A program made the translations under genes and the position numbers. Of a stretch of 64,000 nucleotides of DNA, positions 9,809-19,341 are shown piece after piece (position 1 is the stretch's first letter; every line of letters begins with the position of its first letter). This DNA comes from a virus, in the IMG/VR virus record IMGVR_UViG_3300017917_004503, positions 1 through 64,000 of that record. The stretch is one strand, 5' to 3'. The notes under the pieces are model-generated. The model searched no databases. It was given only the letters and a program-made list of their open reading frames with translations, and was not told where the DNA came from.

Positions 9809-11512
9809 ATGATTCAAACTAGACTTCACACATATCTTACATGTAAGCTTCACAACATTTCAGAAGCAGAAGAATCTTCTAAGAAAGATAAGAATAAGGG
9901 GGAACCTACAGTTAAATATAAGGAAAATCTTTCTATAAGAGAGATACCTGGAGGGGAATCTGCTTTTAAATCTTATATGGGCATGTTTACTCAAGCAATG
10001 AATTGTTTAGATTCGATTCACGCTTTAGCCAAAGCAGCAGATCCGAAATCGAGCTCTTTGGAGAATTTCGATTCAGAAAGAAGAGATATTGGAGTCAAGG
10101 CTGGGAAAACAGAAGAAGCCGTTAACAATGCATGGAAAAAACTTGCACAGGTAGCTTCAGATTTGTTGAATGTCATACCTGAATCGATAAAGAAAAATGA
10201 TGTGATTAAAAAGTATAGGGACGAGCAAGCTAAACTAGATGCAGAATACCAGGATCAAAGTGGAAAGAAAATGAAACGTGATTACTATCTTTCCAAATCA
10301 GAGGAGATCAAAGAGAAGTATTCAGATATGATCGATCCAACTCAAGTCATGTCTTTGACTAAAATGAGTGAGGCTGCCAAACTTTACTTTTTAGCACTTA
10401 AAAACTTTTACAGGGGATCGCAAGTTGAAATTGAATTCATAAAGAATAAATCAAAGGAAAATGAAGAGGTCATCCAAGAATTTTTCGAGAGAGCGGGATC
10501 AGCAATGGAATCTTTAATTCTCAGTGAAAAATTTGCATCAAAAAATATACAAACTTACGAATCGGTAGTATTCGAAGGTATAGCACAAGGTTTAAAAAAA
10601 GTTGTAGGCAAATTAAAAGACGAACCTGTAGGAGATACCGATACCGTAACTTTAAAATATGCGGCTGATAATTTATTAGGTTCACTAATTTCTCTTGCTA
10701 ATGAAATTGATAACGTAATAGCTTATAAATCAGTTGTACAGGGTAGAGAAACGGAAGCTGGAAAAAGAGCAGCTGAGGAGGCAAAGAACTCAGCAGAGGA
10801 AATGATAAAATTCGTAAGGGATTCAGTCGAATACATAAACGGGAATCCTGATAAAGGTATACAAAGCGTTGAAGACGTCTTATCTGACTCTAAGGCTAAC
10901 GTTACACACTCCGAGATAAAGGAAAAGCTGAACGAAATAGCAAACGGTGTAACCAGAATAACTAGAAATGACGGTTTACTTCAAAAATGGAAAACACAGG
11001 TACTTGGGGAAAAAAGGGAAAAAACAGCATCAGGTTCATATCTAGAAAAAGGTAAAGAACTAATGTTTCAGGCAAATGAGATTATGAGAGAAATCTCAAA
11101 AAGAGCAAAGCTTGAGCAGGATGTGAAAAAGCTCGAGCCAGATCAGCTTATTAAAAGAGCAATTAACGCATACAAGGGGAAAGACTCTGATTCGAAAGAA
11201 TCCAAAAAACCTTCAAGAATTAAGAAAAGAAGCGACTATAAATCTTTTAGTTCTAAACCGAAGCAAGAGGACAAAGAAGCAATAAAGGATTTCCAGGAGA
11301 GATTGGTAAAGATTGGTGCTCTACCATCAGGATATAAAGAAGGAGAGTATGACGAAATTACCCAACAAGCAGCGAAAAAGGCAATGTCACACATAGGATT
11401 AGTTACGGGAAAGGTCTACGATACTACAGATGACGCATTTAAAGATTTCACCGTCGATGTTCAGTTCTACGGAGATAATTTAGATAAGATTAAGGACATT
11501 ATCAAAAAATAG
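9809..11512 (+). CDS. Putative head-internal helical protein with C-terminal peptidoglycan-binding-like domain
   Basis: Lys/Glu-rich; C-terminal AIKDFQERLVKIG...GEYDEITQQA resembles PG_binding_1 and the end of the upstream gene. Confidence 0.45.
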   Translation: MIQTRLHTYLTCKLHNISEAEESSKKDKNKGEPTVKYKENLSIREIPGGESAFKSYMGMFTQAMNCLDSIHALAKAADPKSSSLENFDSERRDIGVKAGKTEEAVNNAWKKLAQVASDLLNVIPESIKKNDVIKKYRDEQAKLDAEYQDQSGKKMKRDYYLSKSEEIKEKYSDMIDPTQVMSLTKMSEAAKLYFLALKNFYRGSQVEIEFIKNKSKENEEVIQEFFERAGSAMESLILSEKFASKNIQTYESVVFEGIAQGLKKVVGKLKDEPVGDTDTVTLKYAADNLLGSLISLANEIDNVIAYKSVVQGRETEAGKRAAEEAKNSAEEMIKFVRDSVEYINGNPDKGIQSVEDVLSDSKANVTHSEIKEKLNEIANGVTRITRNDGLLQKWKTQVLGEKREKTASGSYLEKGKELMFQANEIMREISKRAKLEQDVKKLEPDQLIKRAINAYKGKDSDSKESKKPSRIKKRSDYKSFSSKPKQEDKEAIKDFQERLVKIGALPSGYKEGEYDEITQQAAKKAMSHIGLVTGKVYDTTDDAFKDFTVDVQFYGDNLDKIKDIIKK

Positions 11513-11533
11513 AAAATTTTTACGGATTCAGCC

Positions 11534-11562
11534 GAAACTTTTTCCCAATTCTTAGCTAAAAT
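11534..11562 (+). promoter_or_regulatory. Middle-type promoter with no ORF directly downstream
   Basis: GAAAC-N18-TAAAAT. Confidence 0.6.
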
Positions 11563-11662
11563 CAATATCTATTGAGCCCCGGTTTGATATCCTATACTAT
11601 CTAAGAGGCCCTAAGGCCCAAACTTTAGTTTAACTTATACCCAAACCCAAAGCTTAAATACA

Positions 11663-11691
11663 GAAACTTCTTCACCTTTTTACAGTATGAT
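11663..11691 (+). promoter_or_regulatory. Middle-type promoter for uvsX operon
   Basis: GAAAC-N18-TATGAT. Confidence 0.7.
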
Positions 11692-11714
11692 TTATAAATA
11701 ATTTGACATAAATC

Positions 11715-12905
11715 ATGGCTAAAACTTCAGGATCATCTTTTTCATTCGCAGCTCTAGATAAAGAGCTTTCTAAAATAGCAGGATTTGAAACTGGTTCGAT
11801 TTTATCAACAAATACTTTCAGTGAGGTTGATGAATGGATTCCAACTGGTAACTATCTTCTAAATGCACAAATTTCAGGAACGCTTTTCGGAGGTGTCCCT
11901 AATAGCAGATCATTTGGTGTTATGGGAGATCCCGGCACAGGTAAATCTTTCTTTTGTTTAAATGTTGTAAGAGAAGCACAAAAAATTGGATACGACGTCA
12001 TCTATTGTGACACTGAAGGTGCTATCGATAAATCTGGGGCTTTAAAATTTGGGATAGATGCTGATAGAATACGTTATCAACCAATTCAGACAGTATCTCA
12101 ATTTCAAACATTCGTTGCGAATGTATTAGATATGGTGAAAAAAGCTAGAGCAGCTGGTGAGAAACCTAAGATTTTATTGGTATTGGATTCCTTAGGCATG
12201 CTAAGTACTGATAAAGAGTTGGCAGATGCTATGAAAGGACATAATGCTGCAGACATGGGTGCTAAAGCAAAGGAACTGAGAAAACTATTTAGAGTTATAA
12301 CACTGGATTTAACCGCTGCTAAAATACCTTTAATCTGTACAAATCACGTTTATGCTGGCGGAGGCTATGTTCCAACCAAAGAATCTTCAGGTGGTGATGG
12401 ACCAATTTTCGCAATGTCTGTTGTTTCTTTCTTGTCAAAAGCACAATTAAAAGATGGTGCTGGAACTAAAACTGGTATAGTTGTTACCTCTACACTTAAG
12501 AAAAGTAGATTCACCATACCAGAACAAGTTAAATTTCACATTTCGTTTGCTCATGGTATGAATCCTTATGTTGGGTTACAAGACTATGTTTCTTGGGATT
12601 CTTGTGGAATTGAAAGAGGAAAGTTCGAAGAGGTAAAAAATCCAGAAACCGGTAAGAAAGAATTAGTGTTTAAGCCAAGTGCATCTTCAACCCGTTGGGG
12701 TGTTAAACATTTGGGCAAAACTGTTGCATCAACCGAATTATTTACAGATAAGGTTTTCACACCTGAGGTTTTAAAGATGTTGGATGAGAATGTGATTAGA
12801 GACAAGTTCAAATTACCAGATTTAGCAGATCATACTGATATTTTAGGTGATCTTGATGAACAAGAACAGGATGATACAAACTATTCTCAAAATGAACAAG
12901 AATAA
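11715..12905 (+). CDS. uvsX: UvsX/RecA-like recombinase
   Basis: IPTGNYLLNAQISG, Walker A GDPGTGKS, YCDTEGA, LVLDSLGML, CTNHVY, SGGDG, KSRFT. Confidence 0.93.
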   Translation: MAKTSGSSFSFAALDKELSKIAGFETGSILSTNTFSEVDEWIPTGNYLLNAQISGTLFGGVPNSRSFGVMGDPGTGKSFFCLNVVREAQKIGYDVIYCDTEGAIDKSGALKFGIDADRIRYQPIQTVSQFQTFVANVLDMVKKARAAGEKPKILLVLDSLGMLSTDKELADAMKGHNAADMGAKAKELRKLFRVITLDLTAAKIPLICTNHVYAGGGYVPTKESSGGDGPIFAMSVVSFLSKAQLKDGAGTKTGIVVTSTLKKSRFTIPEQVKFHISFAHGMNPYVGLQDYVSWDSCGIERGKFEEVKNPETGKKELVFKPSASSTRWGVKHLGKTVASTELFTDKVFTPEVLKMLDENVIRDKFKLPDLADHTDILGDLDEQEQDDTNYSQNEQE

Positions 12906-13188
12906 AATTAAATTCAAATACTTGTTAAATGTCTGGAAATTTTTACCAGAGTATCCGACGAAAGAAGACTTGATCTACGAAATCTCAGTTTATCTTATTA
13001 AAGACGGTAGATCAAACGGTGAATTCTCAATTCAGACATTTAACTCGATATTTGGCTCTAGCTGGGAAAAAAACAAGCAAGGAGAAATTATCAAATGTAT
13101 GATTGAAGATGGTGATTTGATAGAATCTTCTAAATCTACTGCTGCCAAGAAATGGTACAAAATAAACCCAAAATATAATTTAAACTAA
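12892..13188 (+). CDS. Small hypothetical protein (possibly winged-helix)
   Basis: ATG 12892 overlaps uvsX end; C-terminal MIEDGDLI...KKWYKI resembles a wHTH wing (weak). Confidence 0.5.
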   Translation: MNKNKIKFKYLLNVWKFLPEYPTKEDLIYEISVYLIKDGRSNGEFSIQTFNSIFGSSWEKNKQGEIIKCMIEDGDLIESSKSTAAKKWYKINPKYNLN

Positions 13189-13817
13189 TGATTTTAGGAC
13201 TCTCTGATTATAAAGATAAGTATGACTTTTCTGGTGTAACCGGTGTAATCCACGTCGGAGGACATCACGGTCAAGAATATGAAGACTATAACAATTTTTT
13301 CCGTAAGGATCTAAATATTCATTGGTTTGAACCTATTAGCGAATCGTTTGCTACGATGATTCAAAATATAGGATTGAAGCAAAACAACATTTTCTATAAT
13401 TTTGCATTGGGATCTGAAAAAACTTGGAAAAAAATGTGGAGAGATCTTCAGAATAATGGACAGAGCTCATCTTTTCTTAAACCCTCTAGACATCTTGAAA
13501 TATTCCCACATATAACTTTCAGTGAAACCCCCGATGAAATAGAAATTTACAGACTTGATGATCTCTGCATAAGAGATTCAAATGTTCTAGTAATGGACAC
13601 ACAGGGCTATGAACTTGAAATTCTTAAAGGTGCTAGTGAAACATTGCCCTTTATTGATCATATATTTTGTGAGGTGAACATCAATAACGTTTACGAAAAC
13701 TGTCCCGATTTGCAGTCTATTAATTCTTTTCTTGAAAATTACGGATTTCATTTAAAGGAAAATTGGTGGACATCTAATGATTGGGGTGATTGCTATTGGA
13801 ATAGAAATACAAATTAA
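13188..13817 (+). CDS. FkbM-family methyltransferase
   Basis: IHVGGHHGQE, WFEP, NFALG, SSSFLKP, RLDD, MDTQGYELEILKGA, CEVN. Confidence 0.88.
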   Translation: MILGLSDYKDKYDFSGVTGVIHVGGHHGQEYEDYNNFFRKDLNIHWFEPISESFATMIQNIGLKQNNIFYNFALGSEKTWKKMWRDLQNNGQSSSFLKPSRHLEIFPHITFSETPDEIEIYRLDDLCIRDSNVLVMDTQGYELEILKGASETLPFIDHIFCEVNINNVYENCPDLQSINSFLENYGFHLKENWWTSNDWGDCYWNRNTN

Positions 13818-13827
13818 TAAAAAAATA

Positions 13828-15129
13828 ATGGATTTAAGTCATTCGGAGAACATAATTCTTAGGTATATCCTAAATAGTCCAAATTATCTAGAAACTTGTA
13901 AGGATCATTTTTTCAAAAATGATTCTTTAGGTTTAATTTTCAAATCAGCTAAAGAATTTTGGGATAAGTATCACGAGATGCCAACCTCTGATCAATTGAT
14001 TGAATCTTTTAAAATAAATGGAAAATCGGAGGAAGTAAAGGAAGCTGAAATTAGAACTATCTATGAAATTGATCTTAATAAATATGAGGATGATTGGCTA
14101 AGAGAAACGACCGAATTTTTCATCGAGTATAAAAACTTGACTAAATCTGCAATAGATGCTGTAAAATATATTCAATCAACACCGGTTACTTCAGAAAACA
14201 TTAAAACCGTTATAGATACTTTCAAGAATATTGTAATCGAAAGAAACAACATAGATTTTTCTTTCGATGAGGGATTAGATTTTTTCAACCCAAGCTCGCA
14301 TAAACAACTTACGTCTAATACTTTTTCGAGTGGTTACCCTTTTATAGATACTGTTTTAGGAGGCGGATTTTCAGCCAAAGCTTTGTATGTTTTTATGGGT
14401 ATGCCTAAGGTTGGAAAATCTCTTTGGCTGGGAAACCTCGGAGCACAAGCCGTGAAAAATGGTCATCATGTGGCTATGATTTCTTTAGAAATGGGTGATA
14501 GAAAATATGTTAAGAGGATAGGTTCGAATATTCTGGGAATTCCTATATCTGAATATGGCGATAGTGCTAATGATGATCAATTAATTAAAAAGAAATTGAA
14601 TTCTGTAACTTATGACAATTTGAAAATTCCAGGTCAGCTATACATCAAGGAGTTTCCAACTTCACAGGCATCAGTAAATGATGTTGAAAGGTACCTGAGA
14701 AAAGTTGAAGAAATAAGAGGAATAAAGTTCAAGATAGTAATCGTAGACTATATAAACATTATGAAAAATTGGAGAAATGCTAACTCCGAAAACACATACA
14801 TGAAGATTAAACAAATAGCAGAGGATTTAAGAGGTATGGCTATGACCAATAATTGGTCCATATTAACTGCAACACAAACTAAACAAGGAGATTTTGATGC
14901 TTCGGATTTGAGCATTAATTCGGCAGCGGAGTCCTCTGGTTTAGTTGCAACAGTTGACGGTATGTTTGGTATCATTCAGGATCCGATCATGTATGCAAAC
15001 AAAGAATATAAACTCAAAATTCTAGCAAACCGAGATGACGGCTATAAAAACGCATACAAGGTTTTTAATGTTGACTACCGTTTTATGAGAATAAGCGAGG
15101 ACATAAATGCGCAGATGCACGTTGAGTAA
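13828..15129 (+). CDS. gp41: DnaB-family replicative helicase (T4 gp41-like)
   Basis: Walker A GMPKVGKS, ISLEM, IKEFPT, IVDYINIM, IKQIAEDLRG, TATQT, AESSGL. Start moved to ATG 13828. Confidence 0.93.
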   Translation: MDLSHSENIILRYILNSPNYLETCKDHFFKNDSLGLIFKSAKEFWDKYHEMPTSDQLIESFKINGKSEEVKEAEIRTIYEIDLNKYEDDWLRETTEFFIEYKNLTKSAIDAVKYIQSTPVTSENIKTVIDTFKNIVIERNNIDFSFDEGLDFFNPSSHKQLTSNTFSSGYPFIDTVLGGGFSAKALYVFMGMPKVGKSLWLGNLGAQAVKNGHHVAMISLEMGDRKYVKRIGSNILGIPISEYGDSANDDQLIKKKLNSVTYDNLKIPGQLYIKEFPTSQASVNDVERYLRKVEEIRGIKFKIVIVDYINIMKNWRNANSENTYMKIKQIAEDLRGMAMTNNWSILTATQTKQGDFDASDLSINSAAESSGLVATVDGMFGIIQDPIMYANKEYKLKILANRDDGYKNAYKVFNVDYRFMRISEDINAQMHVE

Positions 15130-15144
15130 AAAAAATGACATGAA

Positions 15145-15612
15145 ATGGAGTCAGAAAATTTAGATCAAGAACAAAACAAAAAAAAATTAGGTGATAAGAT
15201 ATTTGGAGCACATAACAACCCCACTAGGGATACAGATTTCGATGAAACCTTTGAGATAGACCAGGGCCACAAATTTCTAGAAACCCATTATGACGAGGAA
15301 GACTATCTATATCAGAAAAAGTTAGAAGAAGCTGTCTATGAAGCTTTTCAAACTTCTAGATGGTTTCCTTTGAGTTATAAGAAGAAAATACCTAAGGATT
15401 TAATACCACATCTTTTTCAGGAAGTATTAGATAAGCTGGATGGCACTGAATTTACATTTTCTGAAAAATTTGTCTGTATTTGTGACTATGTACAAATACC
15501 CTATGCTAAAGCTTATGAGATCACTCCAATTAAATATAGAGAAATTATAATTAACGAGCTCGAGGTTAAGTATAAAATCCTATCTAAAAAGAAAATTAGA
15601 AGACTTTTCTAA
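15145..15612 (+). CDS. Hypothetical protein, possibly gp33-like late transcription co-activator
   Basis: C-terminal FVCICDYVQIPY...ITPIKYREIIINEL has a gp33-like hydrophobic pattern; function tentative. Confidence 0.35.
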   Translation: MESENLDQEQNKKKLGDKIFGAHNNPTRDTDFDETFEIDQGHKFLETHYDEEDYLYQKKLEEAVYEAFQTSRWFPLSYKKKIPKDLIPHLFQEVLDKLDGTEFTFSEKFVCICDYVQIPYAKAYEITPIKYREIIINELEVKYKILSKKKIRRLF

Positions 15613-15623
15613 ATAAAAAACAA

Positions 15624-16721
15624 TTGAAAAACGAAAACATTAAAAGAATATGGTTTATCACTGATACTCACTTGGGTGTCAGAAATAACTCTAACGATTG
15701 GATAGAAATTGTAAGGGATTACTTTTATAATTGGTTTTTTCCTTTAGTTAGAGAAAATTATAAACCAGGAGATGTTTTATTTCATCTTGGTGATTTCTTC
15801 GATTCTAGACAAAGTATTAATCTTAAAGTTTTAGATTTGGGAGTCAGCATAGCTGAAGAAATGTCTAAGATATTTAAGGATGGTGTTCACATAATTGTTG
15901 GTAACCATGACATATGGGGGAAAAACTCTAATGAAATAAATTCATTAAAGTCTTTGAAATGGATACCAGGGATAAACATTTATGAAGAACCCTTATCGAC
16001 AACACTTGGAAATAGAAGCATTTTTCTTATGCCTTGGAGAAAGGATTATGAAGAGGATTCTTTAACATTGGAACAGTGTGATCCACATGATATTTTGTGT
16101 TGTCACACTGATATAAGAGGACTTCAATTTAACAAGTATGTATTAAACGAAGAAGGATCTGATATTTCTAAATTTTCTAAATTTGGTAAGGTTTTTTCTG
16201 GTCATATTCATTATGCTCAGATCGTTGGTAATATAAACATGCTCGGATCCCCGTATCAACTAACCAGATCCGATGCGGATAATAAAAAGTCTATATGGTT
16301 ATTGGATTTGGAGACGATGTGTGAAGAAAGATTTATTAATGATTACTCACCAAAGTATAAACGCTTTTACTTTGATGAGATATTAAATTCTAGTCCTGAA
16401 CAATTGGAATCAGAATTTAAAAATAATTTCGTTGACATCTTTATAGATCCTGTAATGTCTCTTAGAGCTCCTTTAAGTGTAATTACCGATATTTTAAATT
16501 CACAGAAAAGTTTGAAATTTCATCCCTATGATCCAAATCAAGCTAATTCCCTTTCACAGCAAATTATAGACACAGACGGAAGGCAGTTTAACGTTTTAGA
16601 TTTTATCAAGGAATATGTTAACCATTTAAGCGAAGAACAAGAAATTAAAGACAAATTATACAATAGCCTAGTCAAACTTCACACCATAGTCATAACACAA
16701 GAGCAAGAGACAAAGAAATGA
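15624..16721 (+). CDS. gp47: Mre11/SbcD-like recombination nuclease (gp47)
   Basis: ITDTHLG, HLGDFFD, VGNHD, FSGHIH metallophosphoesterase motifs. Confidence 0.92.
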   Translation: MKNENIKRIWFITDTHLGVRNNSNDWIEIVRDYFYNWFFPLVRENYKPGDVLFHLGDFFDSRQSINLKVLDLGVSIAEEMSKIFKDGVHIIVGNHDIWGKNSNEINSLKSLKWIPGINIYEEPLSTTLGNRSIFLMPWRKDYEEDSLTLEQCDPHDILCCHTDIRGLQFNKYVLNEEGSDISKFSKFGKVFSGHIHYAQIVGNINMLGSPYQLTRSDADNKKSIWLLDLETMCEERFINDYSPKYKRFYFDEILNSSPEQLESEFKNNFVDIFIDPVMSLRAPLSVITDILNSQKSLKFHPYDPNQANSLSQQIIDTDGRQFNVLDFIKEYVNHLSEEQEIKDKLYNSLVKLHTIVITQEQETKK

Positions 16722-18382
16722 AAATTAGAAAGATAGAATGGAAGAATTTTTCTTCGTATGGTAATAAAAAACAATCTTTAGAGTTCCCTGAAACCCCGTC
16801 TTTGTTTCAGATTATTGGCGAGAATGGGGCTGGTAAAACGACAATATCTCAGGTTATAGCTTTTTGTCTTTATGGTAAAGTTGAAGGTAAAAAATTAGGA
16901 GATATCCCAAACAGAATAAACGGTAATACGTGGACTAAGATAGAATTCGAAAGTAATCAAAAATATATTTCAGTTGAAAGAGGATTAGAACCTTCTTTTT
17001 TCTCCCTGCATATAGATGGTATCAAATATGACCAAGCAGGTAATAAAAACATTCAGGATTATTTAACAGATGATCTTATAGGAATACCCTACTATGTTTT
17101 CAACAACACCATATCACTGTCCATAAACGATTTCAAGTCTTTTGTTAAAATGAGTCCTCAGGACAAAAGAGCTATCGTTGACAAGATCTTTGGATTTCAT
17201 ATTTTAAATCAAATGAGGGAAACACTTAAAAAGGAATTTAAAAGAATTACCGATGCTTTAAGTGTTTCTGTAGCCAAGGTTGAAACTATTCAATCCAGTA
17301 TAGAGAAATCTACCAACGAGATGAATTTACTTTTAGATTCGATTCAAGAAGAATCTGACGGTAAGATAGAAAAACTAAATGAGTCTTTACAGAAATTCTT
17401 AGAGATTCATTCATTGCATTCAGAAAGAGTAAAAGAATTCAAAATAGAAGAAGCATCTGTATTGAAGCTTCTAACTGATGCAAACCGAAATTTGATAGAC
17501 TCTCGCACAGAATATCAAAGTTTGGAAAGAAGGCTTAAATTATATGAAAATAAGAAGTGTCCAACTTGCGAAAGTCCATTAGATAACGAGTTTCATTCTC
17601 AGATTAAAGATAATCTAATTAAAGAGAAGGATACGGCTTTCATCAAAAAAAGTGACATTGAGACTGAACTTGAAAAGATCAGACAAGCTGAATCTGAAAT
17701 CCGAAAAAAGAAAACAAACCTTTATGAAAAGGGCTTGAAAATAGAAACAAGAGTGAAAGAAATCAAGACCGAAATAGAAAGAGAAAAGTCTTCGGATAAG
17801 AATAAACAAATCGAATCCCTGAAAAAAATAGTTCAGGATCTAGAAAAGGACAGAGATGTCATATTAAGTCAGAAATTTCAAACTGAAGAAAAAAATCTCT
17901 GGATCAAGAAACTGGATGACATTTTAAGCGAAAGGGGTGTTAAACAAATGGCAATTAAAACCATTTTACCTTCTCTTAATTCTGAGATATTTGATCTTTT
18001 AAGAGAGATGAATCTAGAATATCAAGTTATTTTTGATGAAGAATTTAAAGCTTCAATATTTCACATGGGCATAGAAATTCCAGTTCAGACTTTGAGCACT
18101 GGTGAAATGAAAAAGGTTGATTTCGTTGTACTTGTGGCAATAATGAAGCTTATGAAGCTAAAATTCAGTACAATTAATTTACTCTTTTTGGATGAGTTAT
18201 TCTCTTCAGTTGATCCAGAGGGCGTTTATGGGATACTTAAGATTCTAAAAAAGAATACCAGAGAGATGGGTCTTAATATTTTCGTAATCAATCATGCACC
18301 TATGCCACATGAAATTTTTGATTGGAAGCTAGAAGTATCTAAGTCAAATAACTTTTCGTCTGTTACAGTAAATAGATTTTAA
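16718..18382 (+). CDS. gp46: Rad50/SbcC-like ATPase (gp46)
   Basis: NFSSYGN, GENGAGKT, coiled coil with CPTC zinc hook, LSTGE signature, FLDE, INH. Confidence 0.93.
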   Translation: MKIRKIEWKNFSSYGNKKQSLEFPETPSLFQIIGENGAGKTTISQVIAFCLYGKVEGKKLGDIPNRINGNTWTKIEFESNQKYISVERGLEPSFFSLHIDGIKYDQAGNKNIQDYLTDDLIGIPYYVFNNTISLSINDFKSFVKMSPQDKRAIVDKIFGFHILNQMRETLKKEFKRITDALSVSVAKVETIQSSIEKSTNEMNLLLDSIQEESDGKIEKLNESLQKFLEIHSLHSERVKEFKIEEASVLKLLTDANRNLIDSRTEYQSLERRLKLYENKKCPTCESPLDNEFHSQIKDNLIKEKDTAFIKKSDIETELEKIRQAESEIRKKKTNLYEKGLKIETRVKEIKTEIEREKSSDKNKQIESLKKIVQDLEKDRDVILSQKFQTEEKNLWIKKLDDILSERGVKQMAIKTILPSLNSEIFDLLREMNLEYQVIFDEEFKASIFHMGIEIPVQTLSTGEMKKVDFVVLVAIMKLMKLKFSTINLLFLDELFSSVDPEGVYGILKILKKNTREMGLNIFVINHAPMPHEIFDWKLEVSKSNNFSSVTVNRF

Positions 18383-18403
18383 AATCATAGAAGATTTTTT
18401 TTG

Positions 18404-18411
18404 AATATATA
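18404..18411 (+). promoter_or_regulatory. Late promoter motif inside a 12-bp inverted repeat
   Basis: AATATATA at the replication-to-tail boundary. Confidence 0.65.
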
Positions 18412-18429
18412 GACTAAAAAAATCTTCCT

Positions 18430-19329
18430 TTGAGACAGAGACAATCCCAGAAAAGCCAAGTTAATCTGAGTCCAAATCAGAGAACTAATCAAATAAACAA
18501 ACTAAAGGCTCAGTCTAATGGTATGCAAAACATACCAGCAAACTATTTTGTCAGTGGGACTAGTGAATTAGGACTGAGCGGGGTTGGATTACTTAAACCC
18601 GTTCCAGTATTTGCCCAATCATACACCTCACAAAAAAATAATCTGGGTAAATTTGTCTATTCCACATCGGATATTCAAACCTGGATTTATTTTTTTATCG
18701 AATTTAACAATAAAAACGTTAATGTTCTAGAAGGCCTTATAAAATCATTTGCCATAGTTAAAACTTTAAGTGCTACTACGGTAAGAGAAGTCTCGTTTAT
18801 GCTTGGTTCTTCCTATAAGAATATCAAAGGAATATCACTAACTGAATATGAAACTGGATATTTTAGTCATCCGTCATACATAAGTGATGATAATCTTCCA
18901 CTTCAAATAAGATATGCAGAAATTCCTATCTACATACAAAGAACCCCTGGAAGATTAGATAATGTGCCACTTGGTTCACCTAGTTTTGACACTACACCGG
19001 ATGGTGTAACTACGAGACAAGGACCAATACCAACCCCACCTTACACAAATTTTTCGACCGCAACCGGTGCAACGATGCCTATTGGTGTTTCTGCAGGTGC
19101 AACTGTTGGATTTAAAGATATTAGTGTTAGAAATCCTTGGCAATTCGCACCAACCGGATGGTATTGGGAGTTCGGAGCAAGTGCAAGTCCAACTGGAAGC
19201 ACTTCACAATTTCCTTTGGTGACTTATGGTGTGACTGGAATTTATAGCGTAAAATTAACAGCGTCAAACTCTGCTGGATCTACAATTTTAATTAGAAATC
19301 CCTTTGTTTACGTTTCAACCCCAATTTAA
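18430..19329 (+). CDS. Virion protein with C-terminal PKD/Ig-like domain
   Basis: VGFKDIS...WYWEFG...TYGVTGIYSVKLTASNSAGS PKD pattern; late motif upstream. Confidence 0.65.
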   Translation: MRQRQSQKSQVNLSPNQRTNQINKLKAQSNGMQNIPANYFVSGTSELGLSGVGLLKPVPVFAQSYTSQKNNLGKFVYSTSDIQTWIYFFIEFNNKNVNVLEGLIKSFAIVKTLSATTVREVSFMLGSSYKNIKGISLTEYETGYFSHPSYISDDNLPLQIRYAEIPIYIQRTPGRLDNVPLGSPSFDTTPDGVTTRQGPIPTPPYTNFSTATGATMPIGVSAGATVGFKDISVRNPWQFAPTGWYWEFGASASPTGSTSQFPLVTYGVTGIYSVKLTASNSAGSTILIRNPFVYVSTPI

Positions 19330-19341
19330 AACAATAGATAT

